From an uncultured Bacteriovoracaceae bacterium (lineage in GTDB: Bacteria; Bdellovibrionota; UBA2394): 64,000 bases of DNA. This document shows positions 40,421 to 49,457 of this stretch, in pieces. The position numbers and the translations under genes are program-made. The notes below the pieces were generated by a model that searched no databases, had not been told where the DNA came from, and saw only the letters and a program-made list of their open reading frames with translations. The DNA is taken from NCBI GenBank assembly GCA_964655245.1, contig CAZZLQ010000001.1:2537-66536 (forward strand), read 5' to 3'. How positions within the stretch are numbered: position 1 is the stretch's first letter; each line of letters opens with the position of its first letter.

Positions 40421-42251
40421 GTTTCAAGTACCGGAAAGTCACCTGTCGCTTGAAACGGTCCGCATCCACCAGTTGGACTTGAACAATGTCTCCAAGCCAG
40501 AATGTACCTTTATTTCTACTCCCTTTGAGGCAAATCTCAAGCTCATCTGTATGCCAGCCATCGACCGGGAGATAACGGAGTGGGATAAGCCCCTGAACTG
40601 GATAGTCCTCAAGCTCAACGAACAATCCAAACTCTTTGACCGAGACAATGATCGCTTTGAACGTCTTTCCAACGAAGGAGGCCATAAAGCGGGTTTGTTT
40701 GATATCCTCCATGGCACGCTCCGCGAGAAAGGCTCGTCGCTCAGTCTCGGAACATCGCCGTGAAATGGCCTCGAGTTGTTCCATAGAGTAGGGTGGTTTA
40801 TTAGATTTCAAAAAGTCTGAGTCTCGCAGAATTCGATGGACCATGAGATCGGGATATCGACGGATGGGGCTTGTGAAATGAGTGTAGGATTCAGATCCCA
40901 AACCAAAGTGACCCAAGTTCTTGGCTGAGTACTGTGCTTGTTTGAGAGAGCGAAGAAGTGAGGTGACTAAGATCTTCTCATCTTTGTGTCCTCGCACTGT
41001 ATCGAGGAAGCCCTGCAAGGACTCAACGGGGTTGTCTTTCTTTGAGAGGCTAAAGCCAAAGCGCTTAAGTACCTTGTCGAGTCGATCAAGTTTCTCGGGG
41101 TCCGGATCCTCGTGCACTCTATATATAGAAGGGAATCCCTTAAACTCGATTGCCTCTGAAACAGCCTCATTGGCTAGAATCATGAAGTCCTCAATCAGTT
41201 TATGGGCTTCGTTTCGGTCTGATTTCTTGAATCCGATGACGTCCCCAAAATCATTTACATCGATCTGTGCCTCGGGAAGGTCAAGATCAAGAGCGCCACG
41301 ATCAGTTCGATTCTTTCGAACAATCAGTGAAAGTTTCAAGGCGCTTTCAAGCATGCGCGCTAAGGCTGGACTTACTAGTTCCGACTGTCCCTTCTCGATG
41401 ACCTTGGAAACAGTGGTGTAAGTGAGCCGAGCAACTGACCGAATCGTTGAGGGGTAGATCTTTGTTTCGATGATCTCACCTTCGGGGCTTAAAACCATAT
41501 CGCAAGAAAGACACAGCCGAGGCTGGTGGGGCACCAAGCTACACAAATCATTGGAGAGTTCTTCGGGTAACATCGGGATGCAATCGCCCGGGAAATAGAC
41601 TGACGTCCCTCGGTTGAATGCTTCATTGTCTAACGCATTGCGTGGTCTTACATAGTGGGAGACATCTGCAATGGATACGATCAAATGAAATGTGCCATCT
41701 TTCTTCTCTTCAACGCAGATGGCATCGTCAAAGTCCTTCGCAGTTTCCCCGTCGATTGTGACAAAGGGCATATGAGTGAGATCAGTGCGGCGTCCTGGCT
41801 TTAACTCGCGAGATGTTTGTGCCGCAGACTTCACATCATCAGTGAAGTGATCGGGAATTCCATTCGACTCAACAACGATTGATTTCTCCAACTCGGGATC
41901 ATCGATGGATGGAAAGACTTCGACGATCGTTCCGTCCAAAAGAGAGCCTTTTGTTTTGCGCAGTGCGGCGCGCACAATCGTGTGCATTTTGCAGTCATGG
42001 TTCTTCAGATCGGATCTTTTCAGGACAATGGAGGAATGAAATTCTTTGTCAAAGGGACGGAGAACAAAGGTGTGTCTTGTGCTTCGATCGATCCAACCCA
42101 GGACAGTTATTTGATTTTTCTGGGTTTTTTTGCTCGACGCGGGGTGCACTTTTAATGTTTTATTGTTGTTGGAGGTGTTTTCACTTATGAAACTTGGTTT
42201 TCGTTTTTTCATGGCCTCAGCTGGTGTAACAGCTTTGGCTCTTTTTGCCAC
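40404..42251 (-). CDS. rnr: Ribonuclease R / RNase II family exoribonuclease
   Basis: N-terminal OB/cold-shock-like region, RNB catalytic domain (FVTIDGETAKDFDDAI, HYVRP) and a C-terminal S1 domain; 615 aa. Confidence 0.88.
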   Translation of the reverse strand: MAKRAKAVTPAEAMKKRKPSFISENTSNNNKTLKVHPASSKKTQKNQITVLGWIDRSTRHTFVLRPFDKEFHSSIVLKRSDLKNHDCKMHTIVRAALRKTKGSLLDGTIVEVFPSIDDPELEKSIVVESNGIPDHFTDDVKSAAQTSRELKPGRRTDLTHMPFVTIDGETAKDFDDAICVEEKKDGTFHLIVSIADVSHYVRPRNALDNEAFNRGTSVYFPGDCIPMLPEELSNDLCSLVPHQPRLCLSCDMVLSPEGEIIETKIYPSTIRSVARLTYTTVSKVIEKGQSELVSPALARMLESALKLSLIVRKNRTDRGALDLDLPEAQIDVNDFGDVIGFKKSDRNEAHKLIEDFMILANEAVSEAIEFKGFPSIYRVHEDPDPEKLDRLDKVLKRFGFSLSKKDNPVESLQGFLDTVRGHKDEKILVTSLLRSLKQAQYSAKNLGHFGLGSESYTHFTSPIRRYPDLMVHRILRDSDFLKSNKPPYSMEQLEAISRRCSETERRAFLAERAMEDIKQTRFMASFVGKTFKAIIVSVKEFGLFVELEDYPVQGLIPLRYLPVDGWHTDELEICLKGSRNKGTFWLGDIVQVQLVDADRFKRQVTFRYLKHVGHK

Positions 42252-43359
42252 AGAAGTTTCAGCTCAAGTTAAACAGGAGCTGTCTGGGCATGCACGTACA
42301 AGAATGGTTTTTAACAAGAACACAACGGCTGGCGATTCGCCTAGCACTGAGTCATGGCAAAACCGTGTCAGACTTAACATTGATGTGGCGCCGAGCAGCT
42401 CACTCAAAGTGCGAATGGCTCCTCAGTTCAGAAATACTTGGGGTGATGGCGCGACTGATACCTTTACTGCAAAAGAAGCATGGATGTCGTATAGCCCAAA
42501 CAAGGACATGTCCTTGGCTTTGGGTCGACAAGCGATTGCTTTGGGAAATAATCGTCACTTCGGTACTGATGGCTGGAATGAAGATTCAATTGTTCACGAT
42601 GCGGCCAGACTTAACTTTGGCTTTGGATCGGGCAACGGAAGCTTGATTTACGTCAAGAACACCGAAGCTGGCACTCCTGGTGGCGAAAATGAGGATCGTG
42701 ATCTCTACATCCTCTACACCACTTGGAACAAAGTTGGATTCACCAATACTTTGGACCTGTGGGCTGCTTGGGATGATCAAAAAGCTCCTCTTGCGGCTGA
42801 CCGATCCCGTTTCGGAACCGTTGGTGTTCGCTTCACTGTTGCCTCAGGCAATGCTGATGCGGATGTCGAAGCTGTTTATCAGCACGGCAAAGAAGGCGGC
42901 GATGACAAACGTGGTTACTCCGTTGACGCTCAAGTGGGCTGGTCATTTGATGGCCACCGAGTTGGCGTTTTGGGCTACTACTCCAATGACGAGAAGTCCT
43001 CTGAGTTCGGCGACAAACATCGTTTGACCGCTCGTGGACGACGAGTTCTTGGTGATGCTCAAGTGTTTGGTAATCAAAGCAACCTGATGGTTGGTGCTTT
43101 GACCACAAACTTTGGCGTTTCCAAAGAGTTTGATTTGAGCGCTGACGCTTATTTGATGATGGCTGCTGACGACACCAAAGATGCCGGTGGTTTGGCCATT
43201 ACTGGTAAGAACGTTGGTATGGAATTTGACTTCGTTGGAACATACAAAGCTACCGATATGTTCTCATACGATGCTGGATATGCGCTCTTTAAGCCAGGCG
43301 ATATGGCTTCTAGCGACATGGTCCACAGATTCTATCTGCAAGCTGGCATGACCTTCTAA
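42187..43359 (+). CDS. Outer-membrane beta-barrel protein (porin-like), uncharacterised
   Basis: Signal peptide MKLGFRFFMASAGVTALALFATEVSA, alternating amphipathic Gly/aromatic-rich strands and a C-terminal ...GMTF with terminal Phe. Start at the internal ATG at 42187; the ORF-track TTG at 42130 overlaps rnr. Confidence 0.65.
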   Translation: MKLGFRFFMASAGVTALALFATEVSAQVKQELSGHARTRMVFNKNTTAGDSPSTESWQNRVRLNIDVAPSSSLKVRMAPQFRNTWGDGATDTFTAKEAWMSYSPNKDMSLALGRQAIALGNNRHFGTDGWNEDSIVHDAARLNFGFGSGNGSLIYVKNTEAGTPGGENEDRDLYILYTTWNKVGFTNTLDLWAAWDDQKAPLAADRSRFGTVGVRFTVASGNADADVEAVYQHGKEGGDDKRGYSVDAQVGWSFDGHRVGVLGYYSNDEKSSEFGDKHRLTARGRRVLGDAQVFGNQSNLMVGALTTNFGVSKEFDLSADAYLMMAADDTKDAGGLAITGKNVGMEFDFVGTYKATDMFSYDAGYALFKPGDMASSDMVHRFYLQAGMTF

Positions 43360-43392
43360 TTAGGTTTGCACAGTTTAACGTTGTTAGACGTC

Positions 43393-43426
43393 GGGGGTTC
43401 CAATACGGAACCCCCGATTTTTTTTG
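43393..43426 (+). terminator. Rho-independent terminator after the OMP gene
   Basis: GGGGGTTCC-aatac-GGAACCCCC (perfect 9-bp GC-rich stem) followed by GATTTTTTTT. Confidence 0.8.
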
Positions 43427-43497
43427 GCTCGAAAAGTCACGAAGGTAGCCTCTTGATTTCTTTTTGGGCAAAGGGCTAGATAAAAAGACTCTCAAGT

Positions 43498-43582
43498 GCC
43501 CAGGTGGCGGAATTGGCAGACGCACCAGCTTGAGGGGCTGGCGTGGCGACACGTGCGAGTTCGACCCTCGCCCTGGGCACCA
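43498..43582 (+). tRNA. tRNA-Leu (anticodon GAG), type II, with encoded 3' CCA
   Basis: Folds as GCCCAGG-TG-GCG-GAATTGGCAGA-CGC-A-CCAGC-TTGAGGG-GCTGG-(variable CGTGGCGACACGT)-GCGAG-TTCGACC-CTCGC-CCTGGGC-A-CCA. Confidence 0.85.
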
Positions 43583-43665
43583 ATCTCATTCAAAAAAAGT
43601 CATAAAAATCTGCTACTTAAGGGGCCTAGACGTATTAGAATGCGCCTGGTAGCAGAAGGGCGTTC

Positions 43666-44634
43666 ATGAGGGCTATTTTAACGAGTTTTGCTTTGTTTTG
43701 CGGCGTATTCACAGGCGTGATGGCGTCTTCTGAACCGGGCGTAGCCTTAAATACGAAGTGGTCGCAAAGAGATCTGAGGATTTTTGAGGATTTCTTTTTT
43801 GAGATCGGTGAAGACGGTCATCTGAATTCTCGCGAGCTTGGTCAGTTGCCTGAGGAGAGGCTGGGGGCTCTTCGAAAGCTCTCATTAGATAGTCAACTGA
43901 AGGATTTCATAGAAGAGAAACAGGATGATCGATGGCGTATGGCTCTCGGTCGGTTGCTGGCATTGGATTCTTTACTGAAGGCGAGCATCGCAGGAGGTTT
44001 TTGGTTTTGGGACTTGCGGGTCAGAAGAACAGCAGCACAGTCTAATTCATCGGGACCCCAGTCACCTCAGCTGCCTAAGAACGAAATGAGTGAGGGCGAA
44101 GTCTCGAATGGTTGCAAAGATCAAGTCATTGAGTTGGCCAGCAGCTCTGGAGGCAGGCCAGGTCATAATGGCAAGCGCCATCCATCGTTGGTGGCAACGA
44201 TTCTTCGTTTGGGCATCGCTGGCAGTTTTGGAGCTTGGTTGAGTTGGGATCTCTATCAAGCCTCTCAGTATCAAGGGGTGGATCTCTCCATGCAGTGGAT
44301 TCAAGATCAATCTCAAGAAGTGGATATGAAGAAGAATTTGGGGGATCAGTTGAGCTCGTTGCAAACCTCGAGTTTGTTTGAGGATCTCAAAGCTCATCTC
44401 AAACAGAAGGGTTTGAATGACGTCTATCTTGCTCGAGTGATTGCTCCTTTTTCAGAGAGTGATCTTTGGTCAGGCGCAGCCAAAAAGGCCTTCGTAGTGA
44501 TCAATCACGAAGGTGACAAATCAATTCCCACTGTGACTGTTGAGTTATCGTGGAATCAGAGCAGGGGCTCTTGGACTTACAGCAATTCCTGGTTCGGAAC
44601 AGTGGAGAATCCACTGAATGAAAAGCCCTTTTGA
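43666..44634 (+). CDS. Hypothetical secreted protein
   Basis: 322-aa ORF with an N-terminal signal-like segment (MRAILTSFALFCGVFTGVMA); no recognisable domain. Bounded by a tRNA upstream and a bidirectional terminator downstream. Confidence 0.5.
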   Translation: MRAILTSFALFCGVFTGVMASSEPGVALNTKWSQRDLRIFEDFFFEIGEDGHLNSRELGQLPEERLGALRKLSLDSQLKDFIEEKQDDRWRMALGRLLALDSLLKASIAGGFWFWDLRVRRTAAQSNSSGPQSPQLPKNEMSEGEVSNGCKDQVIELASSSGGRPGHNGKRHPSLVATILRLGIAGSFGAWLSWDLYQASQYQGVDLSMQWIQDQSQEVDMKKNLGDQLSSLQTSSLFEDLKAHLKQKGLNDVYLARVIAPFSESDLWSGAAKKAFVVINHEGDKSIPTVTVELSWNQSRGSWTYSNSWFGTVENPLNEKPF

Positions 44635-44640
44635 TAAAAA

Positions 44641-44673
44641 AAGAGGGGCTCTGTTTCCAGAACCCCTCTTTTC
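44641..44673. terminator. Bidirectional rho-independent terminator between convergent genes
   Basis: AAGAGGGGCTCTG-tttcc-AGAACCCCTCTT hairpin flanked by an A-run (5') and a T-run (3'). Sits between the stop at 44634 (+) and the stop at 44699 (-). Confidence 0.7.
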
Positions 44674-44698
44674 AAAGGTCAGCAAATTCAAGAAAATA

Positions 44699-46147
44699 TC
44701 AAAGTTTCACAATTCGAGAATCTTTGAATTCTTTGAGCGCATTTCGTGTATCGACGATCTTCTTTGAATTCTCGAGAAGAGCTTTGTAATCCACTGATGT
44801 GTGATCAGTCGTAATCACAACCACATCGTAGGCTTTGCTCAGTTGGGGCGACCATTTGACCGACTTGGCATGGTGACCTTCCCACTCGTACTCTGGAACA
44901 AAGGGATCATAATAGTCCACCGTTGCTCCTCGCTGAGTCAGATGGTGAATGACATCCAAAGCTGGAGATTCACGCATATCGTCGATGTCTTTCTTGTAGG
45001 CGACGCCCATGATGAGCACTTTGGAGTTTTTCACTGACTTGCCTTCATCATTCAGAGCCAGAGCAACTTTATCAGCCACGATGCCGGGCATTGAAGAGTT
45101 GATGGCCGTGGCAAGTTCAATGAAACGAGCGGTATAGTTGAGGGATCGCAATTTCCAGCTGAGATAACTGGGATCGATGGGAATACAGTGACCGCCGAGC
45201 CCTGGGCCTGGGTAGAAGCTCATGAATCCAAACGGCTTAGATGAAGCCGCTTCAATCACTTCCCAAACGTCAATTCCAAGCTTTTCGCACATAATGGCCA
45301 CTTCATTCACCAGGCCAATGTTCACTGCTCGGAAAGTGTTTTCGAGTAGCTTCACCATTTCAGCAGACTCAGGCGAGCTAACGCGAACGACTTTTTGCAT
45401 TGTTTGGGAGTAAAAAATCGCGGACAAGTCACTGCAAGCAGGAGTGATACCGCCAACAACTTTGGGAGTGTTGTAGACATTGAATTTGGGATTCCCCGGA
45501 TCCACCCGTTCCGGTGAGAAGGCGAGGAAGAAGTCTTTGCCACATTCAAAGGATCCAAACTTTTGAGTTCCTGCAGCTCGAATGGCTTCTAACATATACT
45601 CTCGAGTTGTGCCTGGATAGGTCGTGCTCTCGAGGATGATCAGCTGCCCTCTTCGCAAATGCGCAATGATTTTTTCGACAGAAGAAACAATGTACGACAT
45701 GTCTGGATCTTTGGTTTTACTGAGCGGTGTCGGAACACAAATCACGATGACATCGCTTGTGTTCAACTGAGCAAAGTCCGTCGATGCGAAAAACTTTTTG
45801 GCTTTGACGTTCTTTTCGACGTCTGAGCTTTCCACGTCAGGAATATACGAAACACCTTTATTCAAGGATTGAACCTTGGATGTGCTCAAATCGAGGCCTT
45901 GAACGGTAAAACCTGAGTTGGAAAAAGCCATTGAGAGGGGAAGTCCCACATAGCCGAGTCCAATAACGCCTACGGTTGCCTTCTTGTTGAGAAGTGCTGC
46001 ACGAAGGTTGTCATAAACAGGACCCGTTGAATTCGAGGACGCCTCTTTTGGCGCAGAAAATTGAGCGACTTTGGTTGAGACTACGTTTTCTGGTAAAGCA
46101 GCTGATAACATGGACAAAGAGTATGCCCGGCAGGCCTGCTTTGCCAA
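44699..46147 (-). CDS. Nucleotide-sugar dehydrogenase (UDP-N-acetylhexosamine / UDP-glucose 6-dehydrogenase family, WecC/WbpA-like)
   Basis: Rossmann fold GVIGLGYVGLP, catalytic-cysteine region (GGHCIPIDP) and a C-terminal UDP-binding domain. The ORF has ~45 extra N-terminal residues, so the true start may be an internal ATG. Confidence 0.8.
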   Translation of the reverse strand: MAKQACRAYSLSMLSAALPENVVSTKVAQFSAPKEASSNSTGPVYDNLRAALLNKKATVGVIGLGYVGLPLSMAFSNSGFTVQGLDLSTSKVQSLNKGVSYIPDVESSDVEKNVKAKKFFASTDFAQLNTSDVIVICVPTPLSKTKDPDMSYIVSSVEKIIAHLRRGQLIILESTTYPGTTREYMLEAIRAAGTQKFGSFECGKDFFLAFSPERVDPGNPKFNVYNTPKVVGGITPACSDLSAIFYSQTMQKVVRVSSPESAEMVKLLENTFRAVNIGLVNEVAIMCEKLGIDVWEVIEAASSKPFGFMSFYPGPGLGGHCIPIDPSYLSWKLRSLNYTARFIELATAINSSMPGIVADKVALALNDEGKSVKNSKVLIMGVAYKKDIDDMRESPALDVIHHLTQRGATVDYYDPFVPEYEWEGHHAKSVKWSPQLSKAYDVVVITTDHTSVDYKALLENSKKIVDTRNALKEFKDSRIVKL

Positions 46148-46206
46148 GATTTTAAGCGAGAACGGGAGTTCCGGGGACTCCCTAAAAGCCAGTCACCATG
46201 GTTGTT

Positions 46207-47352
46207 TCAGCGATTTTGGCCTTGAAGTGCTGAGCGCTGCTGTCTTTGAATCGAAAGGTTGCGGCGAGTCCATTTGACGATGATATCCACCATCCGGTGA
46301 TAGTGGAAAATGCCACAGTGGTCGTCATTCTTGATTAAAATCAGCCTATTGCCTGGAAGCGAGCCCAGCTCAACCGTGTCCTGAGGATCGACGATCGTAT
46401 CCTGATCCCCATTCATGGCAAGAATGGGCCCCGAGGCACAGTGAATGAGCTCCTCCGCGCGGCGGCTCATTTTTTTTATAATGGGCAACAGTAAGAGAGG
46501 GTGGCTTACCCCAAAAATCCTAATCAAAGCCTCGGCGATGATGGGGTTGAGCCCAATTCCTTGGCCTGAATTGAGAGTTTTCTGCAGAGGGATTCCATTG
46601 CAGATAGCGAATTTGATTCGAGGGTCGGTCTTTGCCGTGATGAGGGTCCAAAATGCTCCCATGCTAAAACCAACTAGGCCGATTTCTTGGCTGTCCACCC
46701 ACGGTAGCTTGATGATGTCATCAATCACTTGATGAAGAACTCGATCCGAGAAAGCCGTCATGGGCTTTTCATAGTCAGCTGATCCGGGAACGGAAAGAAC
46801 TGCATATCCAGGGCCTTCGTGAAGATAGTGCTGGAGCGAGAACGCAATCTCTTCGGCGGACCCTTCGAGTCCATTGATAAAAATCGTGACGGGTGCCTTT
46901 CCGTTGAGATTTGAGGGAGGTGAAAGGTAATAAAAAACATCTCCCTCTGTGGTGCGAACGCGACGAGGCGCAAAGCTGAGACCTCTTTGTTGATTCCACT
47001 TCAAAAACGAAGCTCGTTTGAGATCATTGATCTCTTCTTTCCACGGCTTATCATCTTTGGGAAACACGCCCATGATGTAACTCATGCAGGCCGCTCGGTA
47101 GTTTTCAGCTCTTTCAAATTCAAGACCCTTGTCTCGCCAAAAATAAGTCCAGTCTTTGGATGCAAGCGAGGGAACTTCCGAAAGAATCCGCTTCGCCTCA
47201 TCCATGGGGAGTTCGGCGCCAAAGCCGTAACGAGCAACAGTGATCTTAGGTAAGAAGCTTTTGACATCAATGAAGCGGGAAAACAGACCCTGGGAATTGG
47301 TCATACTGACCAACGAATAGAGTAAGTCTTGTGCAAATTTGTAGAAACCCAT
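46207..47352 (-). CDS. Alpha/beta-hydrolase fold protein (FrsA/DUF1100-like esterase)
   Basis: Nucleophile elbow GFSMG, downstream Asp and His candidates (GDQD, DDHCG); 381 aa. Confidence 0.65.
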   Translation of the reverse strand: MGFYKFAQDLLYSLVSMTNSQGLFSRFIDVKSFLPKITVARYGFGAELPMDEAKRILSEVPSLASKDWTYFWRDKGLEFERAENYRAACMSYIMGVFPKDDKPWKEEINDLKRASFLKWNQQRGLSFAPRRVRTTEGDVFYYLSPPSNLNGKAPVTIFINGLEGSAEEIAFSLQHYLHEGPGYAVLSVPGSADYEKPMTAFSDRVLHQVIDDIIKLPWVDSQEIGLVGFSMGAFWTLITAKTDPRIKFAICNGIPLQKTLNSGQGIGLNPIIAEALIRIFGVSHPLLLLPIIKKMSRRAEELIHCASGPILAMNGDQDTIVDPQDTVELGSLPGNRLILIKNDDHCGIFHYHRMVDIIVKWTRRNLSIQRQQRSALQGQNR

Positions 47353-47362
47353 GAGGATTTCT

Positions 47363-49099
47363 TCATTCTATATCAGTTCTCAGAATCCACCAGGTGCCTA
47401 GAAAAGCGGCGAGGATTAGCAGCAGAGCAGCAAACTCAGACTTCGGAACAAACAACAGAAGTGCAATGAAGGCTATTGCAAACACAAGACTCATGCGCCG
47501 TGCGGATTTGAACCATCGTGAGGCCGAAAACGGAGCAGCAATGTCTTCCACTCGGTCGCTGTAAACATGAAAGCCCGTATTCGATAGGTCAGTGGATGTC
47601 GTTTCAAGAGGAGATATCAAAACCTTCTTCCAAAGGGGATGCGAGTTTGATGCAGATGTCTTGAGGTCCCAGGCTGCAACGATTTCAGCAGCAACAGGGT
47701 CTTGTTGGTATTGATATTGATGAAAGCGATCCTCAGCCTGCATTCTTAGCATTTCCCGTTCCACAGGAAAGAGATCGAAATCAAGAGTGGAAGGACATTG
47801 GGCGGGTGCCCATTTCATTGACGCTGAGCTCAGAAGTCCCCACTTAAACTGGGATGACAAAACGGCAGCACCTTGTTCGGCATCCGCCTTCAGATTCGAC
47901 TCCAGAGCAATCGCAGCTACAATATTTTCATTCAGGGAGAGCAAGACAACAATCAAGTTGCTGTCGATGGCCTGCTTGAGAAACTGACGTCCTTCATTGC
48001 TCATTGAGGTTTGCAAAATGCGATGCCACCCGAGAGATCCGAGAACAAATTGAAAGAGCCCTCCTTGAACATCACGAACGCTTCCTTGAATTCCCAAATG
48101 TTGCTGAAGAGCCGTCTCTTTGACTTGAATCAAATCCGTCTTCGGTGATGAGAGATGATCCACGATCGCTTTACAAACTGGATGTTCGCTTGTGAGCGCA
48201 ACTTTATACAGAACTTCTTCGATCGACTTGTCGGGCCACTCGTGAATGGATTCGAGCCACACATTACGTACCTTCAGTTCGGGTTGAGTGAATACTCCCT
48301 GAAAGTGGCTGAGCAGGATTCGAACGGAACGAGCGCCTTTGAAAAAACTCCAGTCCAAACATCGCCAGAGTTGAGATTCTGATTTCTTGAAGAGCTGGTT
48401 CAAAATCGCGAGGTGGAACGGCCAGCAGGCAACAGCGAGAGCAAGTGGCAGAATGCTAAGAGGAAGGGGTCCGCGTGTTATCCACAGAAGGCCGAATCCT
48501 GCAATCGTCAGCACAATAAGAAGCGATCTCAGTGAAGAGTTGCCCACAGCCTGGTGCCAGAGCTTATCTTGTGTCTGAAAATTTTTGTGAAGGCTCTGCC
48601 GCCATGATTTGGCTTCAAAAAGTCGAAACCAAATCCAAAGGCTGCTGAATGAAAACGAAAACAACGGCTTCCAAAGGACACCCTGAGGAAAATCCTCAAG
48701 TAAGAAAGTCACCGTGAAAACAGAAATCCAGAAGTCCGATGAAATGAAAAACTTCGCTTTATTTTTGGAGGCCGACAGCCAGGCTGAGCGCCACAGCGAT
48801 GGAAGTGAAAAGACAGCAAGGCCAAAGATACTCACGAGTTCCTGCCAGAGGTTGAGCTCAGATGGAAACCAAAAGGCTGCAATCATGAGGCCCAGAGCCA
48901 CGATGAGGGTGGCTTTCATGGACCAGAAGAACCAGCCAAATCCGCGACCTCGTTCAAGCCTCCAAAGCAAATAGGCCCCAAGGCTCGAAAGTCTCGATCT
49001 ACTGTCGGGATTAAACCGATGAGTCATCCGACAAAACGAGGAGTCTGCGGGTCTATCAAACACGTTAACGTCCTGTACTTTTTTCTTTGGGACTTTCAT
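47363..49099 (-). CDS. Degenerate heavy-metal (P1B) P-type ATPase-like membrane protein lacking the actuator domain, the DKTGT phosphorylation motif and GDGxND
   Basis: Multi-TM N-terminal half with a CWP motif in a TM helix (cf. CPC), ~35 aa later SHFQGVFTQPELKV where DKTGTLTEGKPEV is expected, then a P1B N-domain-like stretch (SEHPVCKAIV, GIQGSVRDVQGG, IVAAIALESNLKADAEQGAAVL) and two C-terminal TM helices. No TGES or GDGIND. Confidence 0.55.
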   Translation of the reverse strand: MKVPKKKVQDVNVFDRPADSSFCRMTHRFNPDSRSRLSSLGAYLLWRLERGRGFGWFFWSMKATLIVALGLMIAAFWFPSELNLWQELVSIFGLAVFSLPSLWRSAWLSASKNKAKFFISSDFWISVFTVTFLLEDFPQGVLWKPLFSFSFSSLWIWFRLFEAKSWRQSLHKNFQTQDKLWHQAVGNSSLRSLLIVLTIAGFGLLWITRGPLPLSILPLALAVACWPFHLAILNQLFKKSESQLWRCLDWSFFKGARSVRILLSHFQGVFTQPELKVRNVWLESIHEWPDKSIEEVLYKVALTSEHPVCKAIVDHLSSPKTDLIQVKETALQQHLGIQGSVRDVQGGLFQFVLGSLGWHRILQTSMSNEGRQFLKQAIDSNLIVVLLSLNENIVAAIALESNLKADAEQGAAVLSSQFKWGLLSSASMKWAPAQCPSTLDFDLFPVEREMLRMQAEDRFHQYQYQQDPVAAEIVAAWDLKTSASNSHPLWKKVLISPLETTSTDLSNTGFHVYSDRVEDIAAPFSASRWFKSARRMSLVFAIAFIALLLFVPKSEFAALLLILAAFLGTWWILRTDIE

Positions 49100-49457
49100 T
49101 AGTCTCCTGCTTCAAAAGATCCTCGAGTGATTTCTTTCCTCGCCGCATTTCGGATTTGAGATATGAATCTTGTTCCTGCTCCAAGGCTCCACTAATCGCG
49201 GAAAGACTGTCTGGATGTGCGATCATCGAAAGCGCTCGAATGGCGGCAAAGCGGACCTGTGGATCTTCGTCCCTTAAACGTTCAGCAATGGACGAGATAG
49301 TGTCTGGATACTTGAGTTCAGACAATGTTTGTAGGGCGTTGATTCTCAGTTGAGCAGACGAGTTTGAAAGCTGCCCCATCCAATAGCTTTTGTTTTGCGA
49401 GGTCAGATCGGGACTGACGCTGACCAATAAGCCCAATAAAAAAGAAACCATCATCAC
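49065..49457 (-). CDS. Small HEAT/PBS-lyase-repeat protein with an N-terminal hydrophobic (signal-like) segment
   Basis: DPQVRFAAIRALSMIAHPDSL and NALQTLSELKYPDTISSIAERLRDE form HEAT-like repeat pairs; 130 aa. Overlaps the downstream membrane-protein gene by 35 nt. Confidence 0.55.
   Translation of the reverse strand: MMMVSFLLGLLVSVSPDLTSQNKSYWMGQLSNSSAQLRINALQTLSELKYPDTISSIAERLRDEDPQVRFAAIRALSMIAHPDSLSAISGALEQEQDSYLKSEMRRGKKSLEDLLKQETNESPKEKSTGR

Noticed and set aside
43464-43652. 62-aa ORF on the + strand
   Set aside because: It lies directly over the tRNA-Leu(GAG) gene (43498-43582), so it is a spurious ORF.
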